Source: Candidatus Poseidoniaceae archaeon (GTDB lineage Archaea > Thermoplasmatota > Poseidoniia > Poseidoniales > Poseidoniaceae). From it: 64,000 bases of DNA. Both the position numbers and the translations under genes were made by a program. This document shows positions 46,628 to 56,890 of the stretch, piece after piece (the stretch's first letter is position 1; the number at the start of each line of letters is the position of its first letter). The DNA lies in assembly GCA_943788295.1 (NCBI GenBank), contig CALSPS010000006.1, forward strand, positions 26,192 through 90,191. The letters run 5' to 3'. Below the pieces are notes generated by a model. The model worked only from the letters and a program-made list of their open reading frames with translations, did no database searches and was not told the origin of the DNA.

Positions 46628-48802
46628 ATGCTGTTGGTGATGCTTTCTATGCCTGTGGCCTCAAGTGCGTCAACCATATCGTTCACTGGCGCCACTACCG
46701 TGGAGGCCACTGACGGATCTTCCGCCCTAACCATTGATTCTGAACAGAAATACCTAGCGAGCGGTTACGATGACCACATGGCCATTATGTGGCTAGAAAA
46801 TTTGTCGCTGATTGAAATTATTGATGTTGATCGACCCGTCGAATCGCTGGAATTTTCGCCAGATGGTTCTCAATTGGCCATTGCGATATCAGGTTCTGAA
46901 ACGAAGGTCGACACCATTCAATTATTCGATGTCCAAAGCATGACCATGAGCGCTAAGCAGCAAGCTGCAAACGCACGGCCAGTGGACATTGCCTGGTCCC
47001 CAGATGGTCTTTTGCTCGCCGTTCCAAACGCCAATAATGGCATTGATTTAATCCGTATTTCCGATATGGAAATTGAGCGGAGTTTGACTGGTGAGCATAA
47101 CACGGACGTAACATGTGTCGGATTCACAAGCAATGGTGGCCACATCATCAGCGGAGATGAGTCTGGGCGAATGGTTATGTGGAACAGCGATGGTACGCCA
47201 ACATCCAAAAAATGGGAGTTTGGGAATGAACTCAAAGCATGTTCCTTTGATCCAACTGACACACGCATAGCATCGCTTACCACAGACGGAGCGTTGAACA
47301 CCTTCTCCTTCGCCGGTGGTGCATTACAAAGCACGCAATTCACTTCCGGAGGCGGCATGTCATGGTCTCACGAGGGGACCTACATTCACTTGACTGAAAA
47401 CGGAGATGAACCGCGATTACTGACGCTGGATGCTTCTACATTTGAACAAGTGGAAGCAACCTCTATGGCTCATCAGGTGCTCGATGTTGCAACTATCGAA
47501 AACCAATTTGGGTTAATCCAAGAATTCTACGCAGCGACCAATACTCTTCACTTAGCCGGGTATGGCAGCCATTCCGTGCCTGAAGGAATGGGTGTGGCCG
47601 GAGCTGACCTCGACGGAGACGGCATCCCTGATACCCTTGATGATGACGACGATGGCGATGCGATATTGGACCAGTGGGATACCTACTGCGGCGAGATAGA
47701 AACTGATTGTTCACGCTCCCCTCACGAAGATCATATTCGTTCACTTACGATTCAAATGAACGCCACGCACATGACCATTAAGGATCGGATCAAATTAGAT
47801 ATCGTCCTTTCATCCTCAATCAGAAATATGTCGAGAATATCTGTCATTGAGGATGCCCAACTCAGTGTCAGCGAGACCGATTTATTTGCCCGCTCCATTT
47901 GTGCCAACCACGATGAAACAAGAATCCTCGAACAGTGGAAAGATACGTTGATGCTTTCTGAAGGTCAATTAGAAGGTGGGGTCGTGAACTGCGCGGTAAG
48001 CGAAGGCATGACGCTTCGTGCGCAAAATGATTTCAAAACTCACATCGGTGTTGAATACACTATTTCCTTCAACCTGTCCTCGTCACCGGCATTTCCGTTG
48101 ACTGTTAGGTTCGAAGAGCAAACTGTAGCCACTGATGCGTCATTGACCCATCTTGCAGAAATGCATCCCATTCATGTGGTCCTCTCTGCAAACGGGGCAA
48201 ATGATGTCGAATTGTCTCCTTGGTGGACCACTGAATCTCCTTTGGAACTCACATTGGAAGAACGTGTTGTCAAAGAGCCTACCTTGACTCAGAAAGGTGT
48301 GGGTTTATTCGCTGATTATCCCATTCTCTTTGTCGTCGTCCTTGGCTTCCTTGGAGGAGGTATTTTGCTTGTATTGAGGACTAAAAATACAATGGGAATG
48401 GATCTCAACATCTTTGATGAAGATGATGACGATGAGCCTAGTTCCGAAGAAGACGTGGCTGAACCAAGCGCACAAATTGAGCAAGAAACTTTGAACGAGG
48501 CATCCAATGTTGAAACCGAAACAGAACATCTCGTCGATTCAAAAACTACTGTTCGGGACACAACAAGCGATCGCTCAGTTCAATCAACTAAGCGTAGGAA
48601 AGTGAGCCCATCCACAACCAGAGATGGCCCTATTACAACGGTAAAGAGAAAGCGCTTGGATGGAGGAGGGAACCCTCCTGTCCAGAAGAGATCAACCAGC
48701 AAAAAACGAGTTGTCAAGGTGAGTGAAACGACGAAGCGGAAGACCAGAAGGGTTGTGACTCAAGCCGATAAAGATGAAGAAGACACTTCACCAAGCGAAT
48801 GA
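46628..48802 (+). CDS. Secreted WD40/beta-propeller repeat surface protein with a C-terminal TM anchor and a Lys/Arg-rich cytoplasmic tail
   Basis: ORF 46481..48802; a signal-peptide-like start is at ATG 46628 (MLLVMLSMPVASSAS). Repeated SPDG-, WSPDG-, GD.SG-type WD/PQQ-like blades. A DLDGDGIPDTLDDDDDGD calcium-binding-like loop. A TM helix (LFVVVLGFLGGGILLVL) and a basic tail. Confidence 0.55.
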   Translation: MLLVMLSMPVASSASTISFTGATTVEATDGSSALTIDSEQKYLASGYDDHMAIMWLENLSLIEIIDVDRPVESLEFSPDGSQLAIAISGSETKVDTIQLFDVQSMTMSAKQQAANARPVDIAWSPDGLLLAVPNANNGIDLIRISDMEIERSLTGEHNTDVTCVGFTSNGGHIISGDESGRMVMWNSDGTPTSKKWEFGNELKACSFDPTDTRIASLTTDGALNTFSFAGGALQSTQFTSGGGMSWSHEGTYIHLTENGDEPRLLTLDASTFEQVEATSMAHQVLDVATIENQFGLIQEFYAATNTLHLAGYGSHSVPEGMGVAGADLDGDGIPDTLDDDDDGDAILDQWDTYCGEIETDCSRSPHEDHIRSLTIQMNATHMTIKDRIKLDIVLSSSIRNMSRISVIEDAQLSVSETDLFARSICANHDETRILEQWKDTLMLSEGQLEGGVVNCAVSEGMTLRAQNDFKTHIGVEYTISFNLSSSPAFPLTVRFEEQTVATDASLTHLAEMHPIHVVLSANGANDVELSPWWTTESPLELTLEERVVKEPTLTQKGVGLFADYPILFVVVLGFLGGGILLVLRTKNTMGMDLNIFDEDDDDEPSSEEDVAEPSAQIEQETLNEASNVETETEHLVDSKTTVRDTTSDRSVQSTKRRKVSPSTTRDGPITTVKRKRLDGGGNPPVQKRSTSKKRVVKVSETTKRKTRRVVTQADKDEEDTSPSE

Positions 48803-49594
48803 AGATCCTTGGGTGAGATCGCAAGCTTCGACCAAGAATTCTTCTAATCCTTGAATGTGTTCAGGGTCTAAACGATTGAACACTTCTCCAAAGTAACGGT
48901 TCAACCGTTCATATTTGAGGTCTGATTTGGACATCGACCATTCGATCACTGCCTTTCTTGTCACAGGGTCAGTTTCAAAATGTGAAAGGCGATGAAGCAA
49001 GGCTTCCTGTGCGGCTTGCACATCTTCTATTGGTGTGTCTTTTCTGGCAGCGAAGACGCCGAAAACCATTGGCTTTTGAGTTCGATTCAACCATGCTTGA
49101 CCCAAATCGAGTTGAACGCGTTCTGGTTGTTTTTTGGCTTCCTCCAAAGCACGGTCGCCGATGAGAAGGGCTCCATCACATTTCGAAAGCATGGTGGTCA
49201 AATCAGGCCCCATCAAGTGAGTTTGTGGCTTCAAACGTTCTTGTTTCAAAATGTACTTGAGGAGTGCGACGGATGTCATAGAGTCTGTGGGCAATGCGAT
49301 GCTTTTCATGGTTGACAGAGGCATATCGCCAAACACCAAAACGCTTCCAACTTCTCCTTTGCTGCAAATTCCTATTTCGGGGACCAGAACCAGTTCATCT
49401 GCATGTCGCGCATAGTCTGCTGCTGGTATGGGGGCTAAAACGCAATCTCTTCTCAAGAGGTGTCCGGTCAGCCATGAAGGTGGAGCGGGAAGGACTTGCC
49501 ACTCATCGCCAAGGCCATAAAAAAGTGGATCGCAATTAAGGAAGGCCACGCGACCAATGATGCGCTTCCATTGGGGAGGTTGAGGGACTTGCAT
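48788..49594 (-). CDS. mqnA: Chorismate dehydratase MqnA (futalosine pathway)
   Basis: 268 aa; RVAFLNCDPLFYGL, the N-terminal signature of MqnA family proteins. Confidence 0.6.
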   Translation of the reverse strand: MQVPQPPQWKRIIGRVAFLNCDPLFYGLGDEWQVLPAPPSWLTGHLLRRDCVLAPIPAADYARHADELVLVPEIGICSKGEVGSVLVFGDMPLSTMKSIALPTDSMTSVALLKYILKQERLKPQTHLMGPDLTTMLSKCDGALLIGDRALEEAKKQPERVQLDLGQAWLNRTQKPMVFGVFAARKDTPIEDVQAAQEALLHRLSHFETDPVTRKAVIEWSMSKSDLKYERLNRYFGEVFNRLDPEHIQGLEEFLVEACDLTQGSSFAW

Positions 49595-49602
49595 TTGTCC
49601 AT

Positions 49603-50832
49603 CTACTCCTGTATAACTGTCAATCTTTTGCGGCGTTTTGGTTCAGGTGCAACATAGATTTCAAACCGTTCGTATGTGGTGTTTCTTTGAATTGGGACGC
49701 ACCCTGCATCTTTGATCAAACGGGATAATTGATACCGGTCATGATCCAGTGGTGTTGTCGATCCTGCCAAATGCATGATTGATTCCTTCTGAACAGTCCC
49801 GTCAATATCATCTGCTCCAAATTGAAGAGCGAGTTCTGCCAGTTCATCGCCAATGTTCATCCTGTATGCCTTGATGTGAGGGATTGAATGAAGCATGAGA
49901 CGAGATACTGCAATGGTTCGTAGAATCTCACTTCCCGTCGCTAATTGTGCTTCAGGCAGGCGTGTGTCATCCGGGAGGAAAGGATAGGGGACAAAGCACT
50001 GGAATCCACCCGTTTCTGAGGCAAGTTCGCGCAAAGAGATCATGTGTTCCACTCGTTGTTTGAGCGTTTCAATGGTTCCAAAAAGCATGGTGCAGTTCGT
50101 AGAAAGACCGACTTCGTGGGCCGACCTGTGGATATCAAGATATTCTTGAGAGCTCTCTTTTCCGTTGCAGATAATGGCCCTGACGTCATCGTCTAGAATC
50201 TCTGCACCACCGCCTGGTAATGAACCCAATCCGGCATTCTTCAACCGCTGGAGCGTTTGGGTGTATGAAAGGTTGGAAAGTTGCGAAATATGTTTGATTT
50301 CAACAGCGGTGAGTGCTTTGATGGTAATGTGGGGGAACCGTGATTTTGTTGCGCGGAAAAGTTCCTCATAATGATCAATCCCCCAATCCGGGTGGAGGCC
50401 TCCAACGGAGTGGACTTCATCTACAAATTCGGCATACTGGCCAAGGTCTTCGAGATAATCACTGACATCCATTGCGTACGCATCTTCTGCCTTTTTACTT
50501 CTGCGAAAGGCACAGAATTTACAGGCTAAGACGCAAACATTGGTTTGATTGACATGGACGTTGCTGTTGAAAAACGCCTTGTCATCGAAGCGAGCGGTTC
50601 GAACCTCATGGGCTAACCGGCCAACTTCACTGAGGTTTGGGTGGTTGTAGAGGGTGAGTCCGTCTTCTAATGAGAGTGACTTGCCATCGGCCAATTTTGT
50701 GACCAGCGGTTGGATGGCCTCGCTCCAGTCGGAACCTTGCTGAAGTGATTCTGTCAGGCGCTGTTGCCAATCTTGGTTTGAACCAGCGTCAAACCGCGAT
50801 GTTGTCCATGCTGACATATTCGTTCCTACCAT
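49603..50832 (-). CDS. Radical-SAM enzyme of the MqnC/MqnE family (futalosine pathway)
   Basis: ORF to 50937; CVLACKFCAF is the CxxxCxxC motif at the position typical of MqnC/MqnE. Start ATG 50832 was chosen to avoid overlap with the convergent ATPase gene. Confidence 0.65.
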   Translation of the reverse strand: MVGTNMSAWTTSRFDAGSNQDWQQRLTESLQQGSDWSEAIQPLVTKLADGKSLSLEDGLTLYNHPNLSEVGRLAHEVRTARFDDKAFFNSNVHVNQTNVCVLACKFCAFRRSKKAEDAYAMDVSDYLEDLGQYAEFVDEVHSVGGLHPDWGIDHYEELFRATKSRFPHITIKALTAVEIKHISQLSNLSYTQTLQRLKNAGLGSLPGGGAEILDDDVRAIICNGKESSQEYLDIHRSAHEVGLSTNCTMLFGTIETLKQRVEHMISLRELASETGGFQCFVPYPFLPDDTRLPEAQLATGSEILRTIAVSRLMLHSIPHIKAYRMNIGDELAELALQFGADDIDGTVQKESIMHLAGSTTPLDHDRYQLSRLIKDAGCVPIQRNTTYERFEIYVAPEPKRRKRLTVIQE

Positions 50833-50872
50833 GATGCATTCTTGAAGATGTGGATGAACCCATGGGGAAAAT

Positions 50873-53806
50873 TCACTGAGAACCTGGTGTGAAGAAGTTC
50901 GAGTTAACGATGAATTTTCTGAACTCGTCGATGACAAAAACCGAACCGGATACCGCGAATATGATTGCCCAATCCGTCGCAGTTAACACTGTTGTTGACA
51001 TCAAGTCACCCACCAGTAAAGTGGTGAATGGAATGCTGTGTTCTGCAAGTTGAACAAAGAACATCAACAAACCGAGCGAGAATAAAAAGGCGTAATTGAT
51101 CCATTGATTTGAAAATAAACCAAGTTTAAACGCGCTTTCCCTATTGCTTCGGCAATTCATCACGTTAAACAGTTGATAGACAATGAACACGGAGAACGTC
51201 ATGGTTTGAGCATGTTGGAACAATTCCTCGTTTTTTGTTTCCGAGGCCTGAATTGCGGCGAGTTGTTCTTCACTGGCTTCATCGCCCATTCGCTCACCAA
51301 GTTCACATTGGGCGACATCGAATGGAGCCTCTGCTTCAGTTTGCAGCGGGTGGATCTCACAAGTACCCACTCCACCACCTGCAAGGAAGAAGACAATCAG
51401 CGTCCCAGTGACCATCACAGCACCAAGATAGAAGATTAGGGTGATGTCACTGAAATTAGGCATGCCTTCATTGACTGGACGCGGTGGTTGATTCATGACA
51501 TCCCCGTGGTTTTTCTCAACACCAAGCGCGACGGCTGGTGGACCATCCATCAGGATGTTGATCACGAGAATTTGTGTTGCGGTCAAAGGTAAATTCCAAC
51601 CGAACAAGAACGTCGAAATAATGATCAAAGCAACAGCTGCGACGTTCGTAGAGACTTGATAGCGCACGAAATTGCGAATGTTCTGGTAAATTTTGCGACC
51701 TTCTTCAACAGCATGGACAATGTTGGCAAAATTGTCATCTTGGAGCACCATGTCTGCTGCGTCTTTTGCTACGTCAGTACCTGCGATGCCCATTGCAATT
51801 CCGATGTTCGCACGAGATAAAGCGGGGGCGTCATTGACACCATCACCGGTCATGGCCACAATTTCCCCTTGGTCTTGTAGTGATGAGACAATCCGCATTT
51901 TCTGTTCAGGTGTCACTCTGGAGAAGATGGAGGCTTGAGCCGATGCTTCACTCAATTGTTCATCATCAAAATCCGCCAAAGCATTACCGTTGACTGGTGG
52001 TATGCCACCTTCGGTAATGTTCAACTCTCGACCAATGGCTTCCGCAGTGTATTGTTGATCACCAGTGATCATTTTCACGCGGATACCCGCACGCTGACAC
52101 ACTTCAATAGCATCTTTCACTTCGGCTCGTGGCGGGTCCATGATACCAACGAGTCCTAGGAAAATGAAGCTTGATTCAACTGTGTTGATGTCCTCGATGT
52201 CTTCGTCCTCATCAAGACGACGAGCACAAAGTGCGATGACGCGCATGGCTTGTCCTGCCATGGCCTTGTTGGCCTCAGAGGCTAGATCGAAGTCTGCATC
52301 CTCAATAGGAACGATTTCTCCATCTTTAATTTTCCAGTTCACAAGAGAAACATATCCACCGGCACCACCTTTCGAAAAGACCCAACGTTCGCCTTCGTAG
52401 TCGTGAATCACCGACATCCGCTTTCTGTTGGTGTCGAAAAAGAATTCATGGAGCCGTGAATGGCGTTGAGCAAATTTCTTCACATCACCGTTGATTTTCC
52501 AACCAAGAACAGCACATGCTGAGTCTGTTGGGTCGCCAAGCGCCTGCCATTGGCCGTCCACTTTAGAAATTTGAGAGTTATGGCACAGGCTCAAGCATGC
52601 GGCAGAGAGACGGAAGGCAAGATCGCTTTGGTACCCTGAGAGTTCCTCTCCAGTGACTGTTTTTCCGTTGTAAGAGAGTTCACCTTTTGGTTTGAAACCC
52701 TCACCCGAGATTGTAAATGTACCATCCGTAGTGGTCAATTGGCGTGCAGTCATTTGGTTCTTGGTGAGTGTACCGGTTTTGTCAGAGCAAATGACAGTTG
52801 TGGAACCAAGCGTTTCAACAGCCTTCATCCGTCGAATAATCGCTTTGTGTTTGGCCATATTCCGCATACCAAGCGCGAGCGTAATAACAAGGATAATTGG
52901 CAAGCCTTCTGGAACAATGGCAACAAAGATGGCAATGGCCACGATGAATTGTTCAACCGCCACCTCTCGCAAATCGGCTGTCGGATCGCCATAGGCAATC
53001 ATCATCTTGATGGCGACCATGAGAACCGCTACGACAAGCGCTACAATGCCTAGGAATTTACCCAGGGATTCGAGTTTGTGCTCAAGTGGGGTTTTTGGCG
53101 ACTCCGAGCCGACGATATCACTGGCAATCCGGCCAAGTTCGGTGTTCATTCCAATGTTGACCACAATGCCGACAGCACGTCCAGTGGCTACACTTGTGCC
53201 CATGTAAGCCATGTTATTCCTGTCAGCAAGCAATGCCTCGGTAGGGAGCGGTGCTGTGGTTTTCTTGATGCTGTCAGATTCACCAGTCAACGATGATTCA
53301 TCGATTTTGCATTGATAGGACTCGACCACGCGAACGTCGGCTGGCACATTGATGCCTTCTTCCAGTTTGACCACGTCGCCGGGAACCAAGAGGGGCGTAG
53401 GCACCTCTTGCTCAACGCCATCGCGGACAACAATACAACTTGAAACTGCCATTTGTTTGAGCGAATCCATCGCCTGTTCCGCTTGTCCTTCTTGCCAAAA
53501 TCCAAACACTGCATTTGCAGTGAGGACTGAAAAAATGAAAATAGCATCTCCCGGTTGATCTGGATGTATTGAGAGAGCAACAAGAGCAGCTCCGATGAGA
53601 AGATAATTCAGTGGATCGTTGTATTGGGAAAGGAAACGCAACCATGCTGGGGTTTTTTCTGGTTCTTGAAGCTTGTTTTCACCGTACTTAGCTCGTCGAA
53701 TATCAACCTCAGAAGCAGTTAAGCCTTCAGGCTGGGTCTCGAGCGTGAGATAAGTGTCTTCAGAAGTCACATCGTGCCATTGTTGTTGTGCCATGGAATT
53801 CACCAA
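50873..53806 (-). CDS. P-type cation-transporting ATPase (type IIA, Ca2+-ATPase-like)
   Basis: 977 aa; DKTGTLT phosphorylation motif, TGES, GDGVNDAPAL, 10 TM helices. Confidence 0.9.
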   Translation of the reverse strand: MVNSMAQQQWHDVTSEDTYLTLETQPEGLTASEVDIRRAKYGENKLQEPEKTPAWLRFLSQYNDPLNYLLIGAALVALSIHPDQPGDAIFIFSVLTANAVFGFWQEGQAEQAMDSLKQMAVSSCIVVRDGVEQEVPTPLLVPGDVVKLEEGINVPADVRVVESYQCKIDESSLTGESDSIKKTTAPLPTEALLADRNNMAYMGTSVATGRAVGIVVNIGMNTELGRIASDIVGSESPKTPLEHKLESLGKFLGIVALVVAVLMVAIKMMIAYGDPTADLREVAVEQFIVAIAIFVAIVPEGLPIILVITLALGMRNMAKHKAIIRRMKAVETLGSTTVICSDKTGTLTKNQMTARQLTTTDGTFTISGEGFKPKGELSYNGKTVTGEELSGYQSDLAFRLSAACLSLCHNSQISKVDGQWQALGDPTDSACAVLGWKINGDVKKFAQRHSRLHEFFFDTNRKRMSVIHDYEGERWVFSKGGAGGYVSLVNWKIKDGEIVPIEDADFDLASEANKAMAGQAMRVIALCARRLDEDEDIEDINTVESSFIFLGLVGIMDPPRAEVKDAIEVCQRAGIRVKMITGDQQYTAEAIGRELNITEGGIPPVNGNALADFDDEQLSEASAQASIFSRVTPEQKMRIVSSLQDQGEIVAMTGDGVNDAPALSRANIGIAMGIAGTDVAKDAADMVLQDDNFANIVHAVEEGRKIYQNIRNFVRYQVSTNVAAVALIIISTFLFGWNLPLTATQILVINILMDGPPAVALGVEKNHGDVMNQPPRPVNEGMPNFSDITLIFYLGAVMVTGTLIVFFLAGGGVGTCEIHPLQTEAEAPFDVAQCELGERMGDEASEEQLAAIQASETKNEELFQHAQTMTFSVFIVYQLFNVMNCRSNRESAFKLGLFSNQWINYAFLFSLGLLMFFVQLAEHSIPFTTLLVGDLMSTTVLTATDWAIIFAVSGSVFVIDEFRKFIVNSNFFTPGSQ

Positions 53807-53908
53807 AGTAGGGCGGACCCTAGAATAAGGGGTTCTATATTGGACTTATGATAATAATGGTGGCATTCCCTTGACTCTAGCAGCGATGCGTTCACAAACT
53901 GGGTTGTT

Positions 53909-55975
53909 TTGGAAGTTGGTATGAGCGCCGACCATCAGCCGTATATTCCGGCTACTGAATCACCCAGTGAATTGACACTGCGTGTGATTGTGGTTGGAAT
54001 TTTGCTCGGTATTTTGATGACCGCTGCGAATGCATACCTCGGTTTGTATGCAGGGATGACTGTTTCGGCAAGCATACCCGCCGCCGTCATGTCAATGATC
54101 ATCTTACGCGGCATCTTCAACGATGTAAGTATTCTAGAAAATAACGCTGTTCAAACTATGGCAAGCGCTGGAGAGTCCCTAGCGGCTGGCGTGATTTTCA
54201 CCGTACCAGCCATGTTGGTGATTGGTCTTTGGACTGAAATTCAATGGTTCGACACACTCATGATCGCCACTCTTGGTGGGCTATTAGGGACGATGTTTAC
54301 GATTGCCCTAAGGCGTCTTTTCATCGTTGAAGAAGCTTTACCATACCCGGAAGGGGTAGCATGCCGTGAAGTCCTGGTCGCGGGAGAAGAAGGCGGCGAA
54401 GGTGCATTGGCTATTCTTTACGCCTTAGGCATTGGTGCCATTTATGGACTCATGGTAAAGGGATTCGAAGTCACTCACCACACCGTTGAATCGGCCGTTG
54501 GGTTCCTTGGCACTCGTTTGTATGCAGGAATGGATTTGTCCATCGCTTTGCTTTCTGTTGGATACATCGTCGGTGTGCGTATTGCCTCATTCATTTTCTT
54601 GGGAGGTGTCTTGGGGTTCGGACTTCTTGTGCCAATGTACGGCCTTATTCATGGCTGGCCAAATTCGCCAACCCTCGTCGAAGGTTTTTACGACATCTGG
54701 GCTGAACAAATCCGGTATGTTGGTGTCGGTGCAATGGTTGTTGGTGGCGTGTACACGCTCTGGTCAATGAGAAAAACAATCATCACAGGTCTCTCAAAAG
54801 CCCTGATCAAAACGGAGGATGAGACCGAAGAACCACTTCGTACCGAAATCGACTTGCCTCTTGACAAGGTCATCATGTTTTGTGGGTTCCTTGTTCTCAT
54901 GACGTTCCTGTACTATTGGCACGCAACCGGTTCGTTCGGTTTGGCACTGGCTGGCGCCCTGTTCCTTGGCGTGGTTGCGTTCTTTTTCGCTGCAGTTGCC
55001 GGTTACATCGCTGGTGTTGTTGGTTCATCCAATTCACCAGTTTCAGGCATGACCATAGCCACGCTCCTGTTCACTGTAGCGCTCGTTTGGATTGTTGGTG
55101 ATTTCATGCTCGGTTTGGGCACTGAGGAACTCATGCTGGCAACATTGTTAATTGCAGCAGTTGTTGCTTCATCAGCAGCGATTGCTGGAGACGTCATGCA
55201 GGATCTGAAGACCGGCCACATGGTTGGTGCAACACCCTGGCGGCAGCAGGTTGCAGAAATCATTGGTGTGTTAACCGGTGCAGTGGTGATTGGACCAACG
55301 CTTGCGCTTTTGCATAATGCCTTCCAAATTTCCAAGACCGCCTGTGCCAACACAAACCTGAACCTTGCAGTTGCGGACCAATACGACTGCAGCAACGCAC
55401 TCTTTGCACCACAAGCTGAGTTGATTGGCGCCATCATCCAAGGTGCTTTTGGTGGGGACCTCAACCTCCAAATGGTGACCTTGGGGGCAATCATCGCCAT
55501 CGTTTTGATTTATTTGAAAATGCCAGTGATGTCCGTGGCCATTGGAATCTACCTGCCATTGGGCCTTTCAGTTCCAATTATGCTTGGTGGAATCATCTCC
55601 TTCTTCGCTCTAAGAACGGCGCATTACCGAGTGGATGGCCGCCTTGACATGATTCCATCCAAACAAGCCCAATCCGCAGCGAAAGAAGTCGAAAATCGTG
55701 GCGTGCTTATTGGAGCAGGATTCATTGCTGGTGAGTCGATTCTCGGCGTGTTCATTGCCGTGTTGATTGTAGCCGATATCCGTTTGCCAGAAATCTTCGG
55801 CGTGGTCACCCTCAATGATCTCTTCTCGTTGGTCTTCTTTGGTTGGTTCGTGGCTGTGTTCATTTGGCTTGCGACCCGCGCCCTTCCAAAGGGCGGCAAT
55901 CTAATGAGCGATGCTGTTGTTGTCGCCATGGATGTTGCCTCTCGATTCAAGGCTGCGTTGTTGCCCCGAAAGTGA
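53909..55975 (+). CDS. OPT-family oligopeptide transporter
   Basis: 688 aa polytopic membrane protein with OPT-family conserved blocks (NAYLGLYAGMTVSASIPAAV). Confidence 0.75.
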   Translation: MEVGMSADHQPYIPATESPSELTLRVIVVGILLGILMTAANAYLGLYAGMTVSASIPAAVMSMIILRGIFNDVSILENNAVQTMASAGESLAAGVIFTVPAMLVIGLWTEIQWFDTLMIATLGGLLGTMFTIALRRLFIVEEALPYPEGVACREVLVAGEEGGEGALAILYALGIGAIYGLMVKGFEVTHHTVESAVGFLGTRLYAGMDLSIALLSVGYIVGVRIASFIFLGGVLGFGLLVPMYGLIHGWPNSPTLVEGFYDIWAEQIRYVGVGAMVVGGVYTLWSMRKTIITGLSKALIKTEDETEEPLRTEIDLPLDKVIMFCGFLVLMTFLYYWHATGSFGLALAGALFLGVVAFFFAAVAGYIAGVVGSSNSPVSGMTIATLLFTVALVWIVGDFMLGLGTEELMLATLLIAAVVASSAAIAGDVMQDLKTGHMVGATPWRQQVAEIIGVLTGAVVIGPTLALLHNAFQISKTACANTNLNLAVADQYDCSNALFAPQAELIGAIIQGAFGGDLNLQMVTLGAIIAIVLIYLKMPVMSVAIGIYLPLGLSVPIMLGGIISFFALRTAHYRVDGRLDMIPSKQAQSAAKEVENRGVLIGAGFIAGESILGVFIAVLIVADIRLPEIFGVVTLNDLFSLVFFGWFVAVFIWLATRALPKGGNLMSDAVVVAMDVASRFKAALLPRK

Positions 55976-56041
55976 TATCGGGGCTGACGGCCAACCAATC
56001 CGATGCACAACCATCAAAGGTCGCCCGTTAAGGCCTTAGAA

Positions 56042-56890
56042 ATGGCAGGGGATTATATGTCAACGAGCATTGAAGAAATTGAAGAAATTGCACGAAAGTG
56101 CAGGGTAGAGATTGTGAAGATGGTCTATCGTGCCCAAGCAGGCCACCCCGGTGGCTCATTATCTGAAATTGATCTGCTCGCTGCGCTGTATGCCACGCGC
56201 ATGCGCGTTCGACCATCGGAGCCAAAATGGAACGACCGAGATCGATTCATATTGTCGAAGGGTCACGCCTCTCCTGGTATGTATGCCATTTTAGCGGAAA
56301 TGGGATTCATCAGCCATGAGGATTTGAAATCATACAGAGTTCTTGGTGGTGTCTGTCAAGGCCACGTTGACATGAAGTGGTGCCCCGGAGTTGATTTCTC
56401 CGCCGGTTCGCTTGGCATGGGCCTGTCGTTTGGAATGGGTTGTGCTATTGCAGCAAGGCTCGACAACAGCGACCGGAGAGCCTTTGTCATGATTGGTGAC
56501 GGAGAAATGCAAGAAGGAAGCGTTTGGGAAGCCGCAATGGCTGCCGCTCATCACGAATTGGGCAATCTAAAGGTGATCTTGGATCGGAACCGCATACAAA
56601 ACGATGATTTTTGTGAGGAACAAATGCGCATGTTCGACATACCGGCAAAGTGGAAGGCTTTTGGTTGGAACGTCAAAGAAATTGACGGACACAACATGCA
56701 AGACGTCATGGACGGACTTGATTTCCTCGAGGCAGAAGAAAATTGCAACGGACCTTCAATTCTTATTGCACACACCATCAAGGGTGGTGGGATTTCTTAC
56801 ATGGAGAACAATCCATCGTTCCACGGAGCTGCTCCAAATGAGGAACAGTACAATCAAGCCATGATGGAACTCGGGGAGGTGGAAGCATGA
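56042..56890 (+). CDS. Transketolase, N-terminal (TPP-binding) subunit
   Basis: ORF 56003..56890; GHPGGSLS, GHASPGMYA and GDGEMQEGSVWEA motifs. ATG 56042 or 56057 is the likely start. Confidence 0.85.
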   Translation: MAGDYMSTSIEEIEEIARKCRVEIVKMVYRAQAGHPGGSLSEIDLLAALYATRMRVRPSEPKWNDRDRFILSKGHASPGMYAILAEMGFISHEDLKSYRVLGGVCQGHVDMKWCPGVDFSAGSLGMGLSFGMGCAIAARLDNSDRRAFVMIGDGEMQEGSVWEAAMAAAHHELGNLKVILDRNRIQNDDFCEEQMRMFDIPAKWKAFGWNVKEIDGHNMQDVMDGLDFLEAEENCNGPSILIAHTIKGGGISYMENNPSFHGAAPNEEQYNQAMMELGEVEA

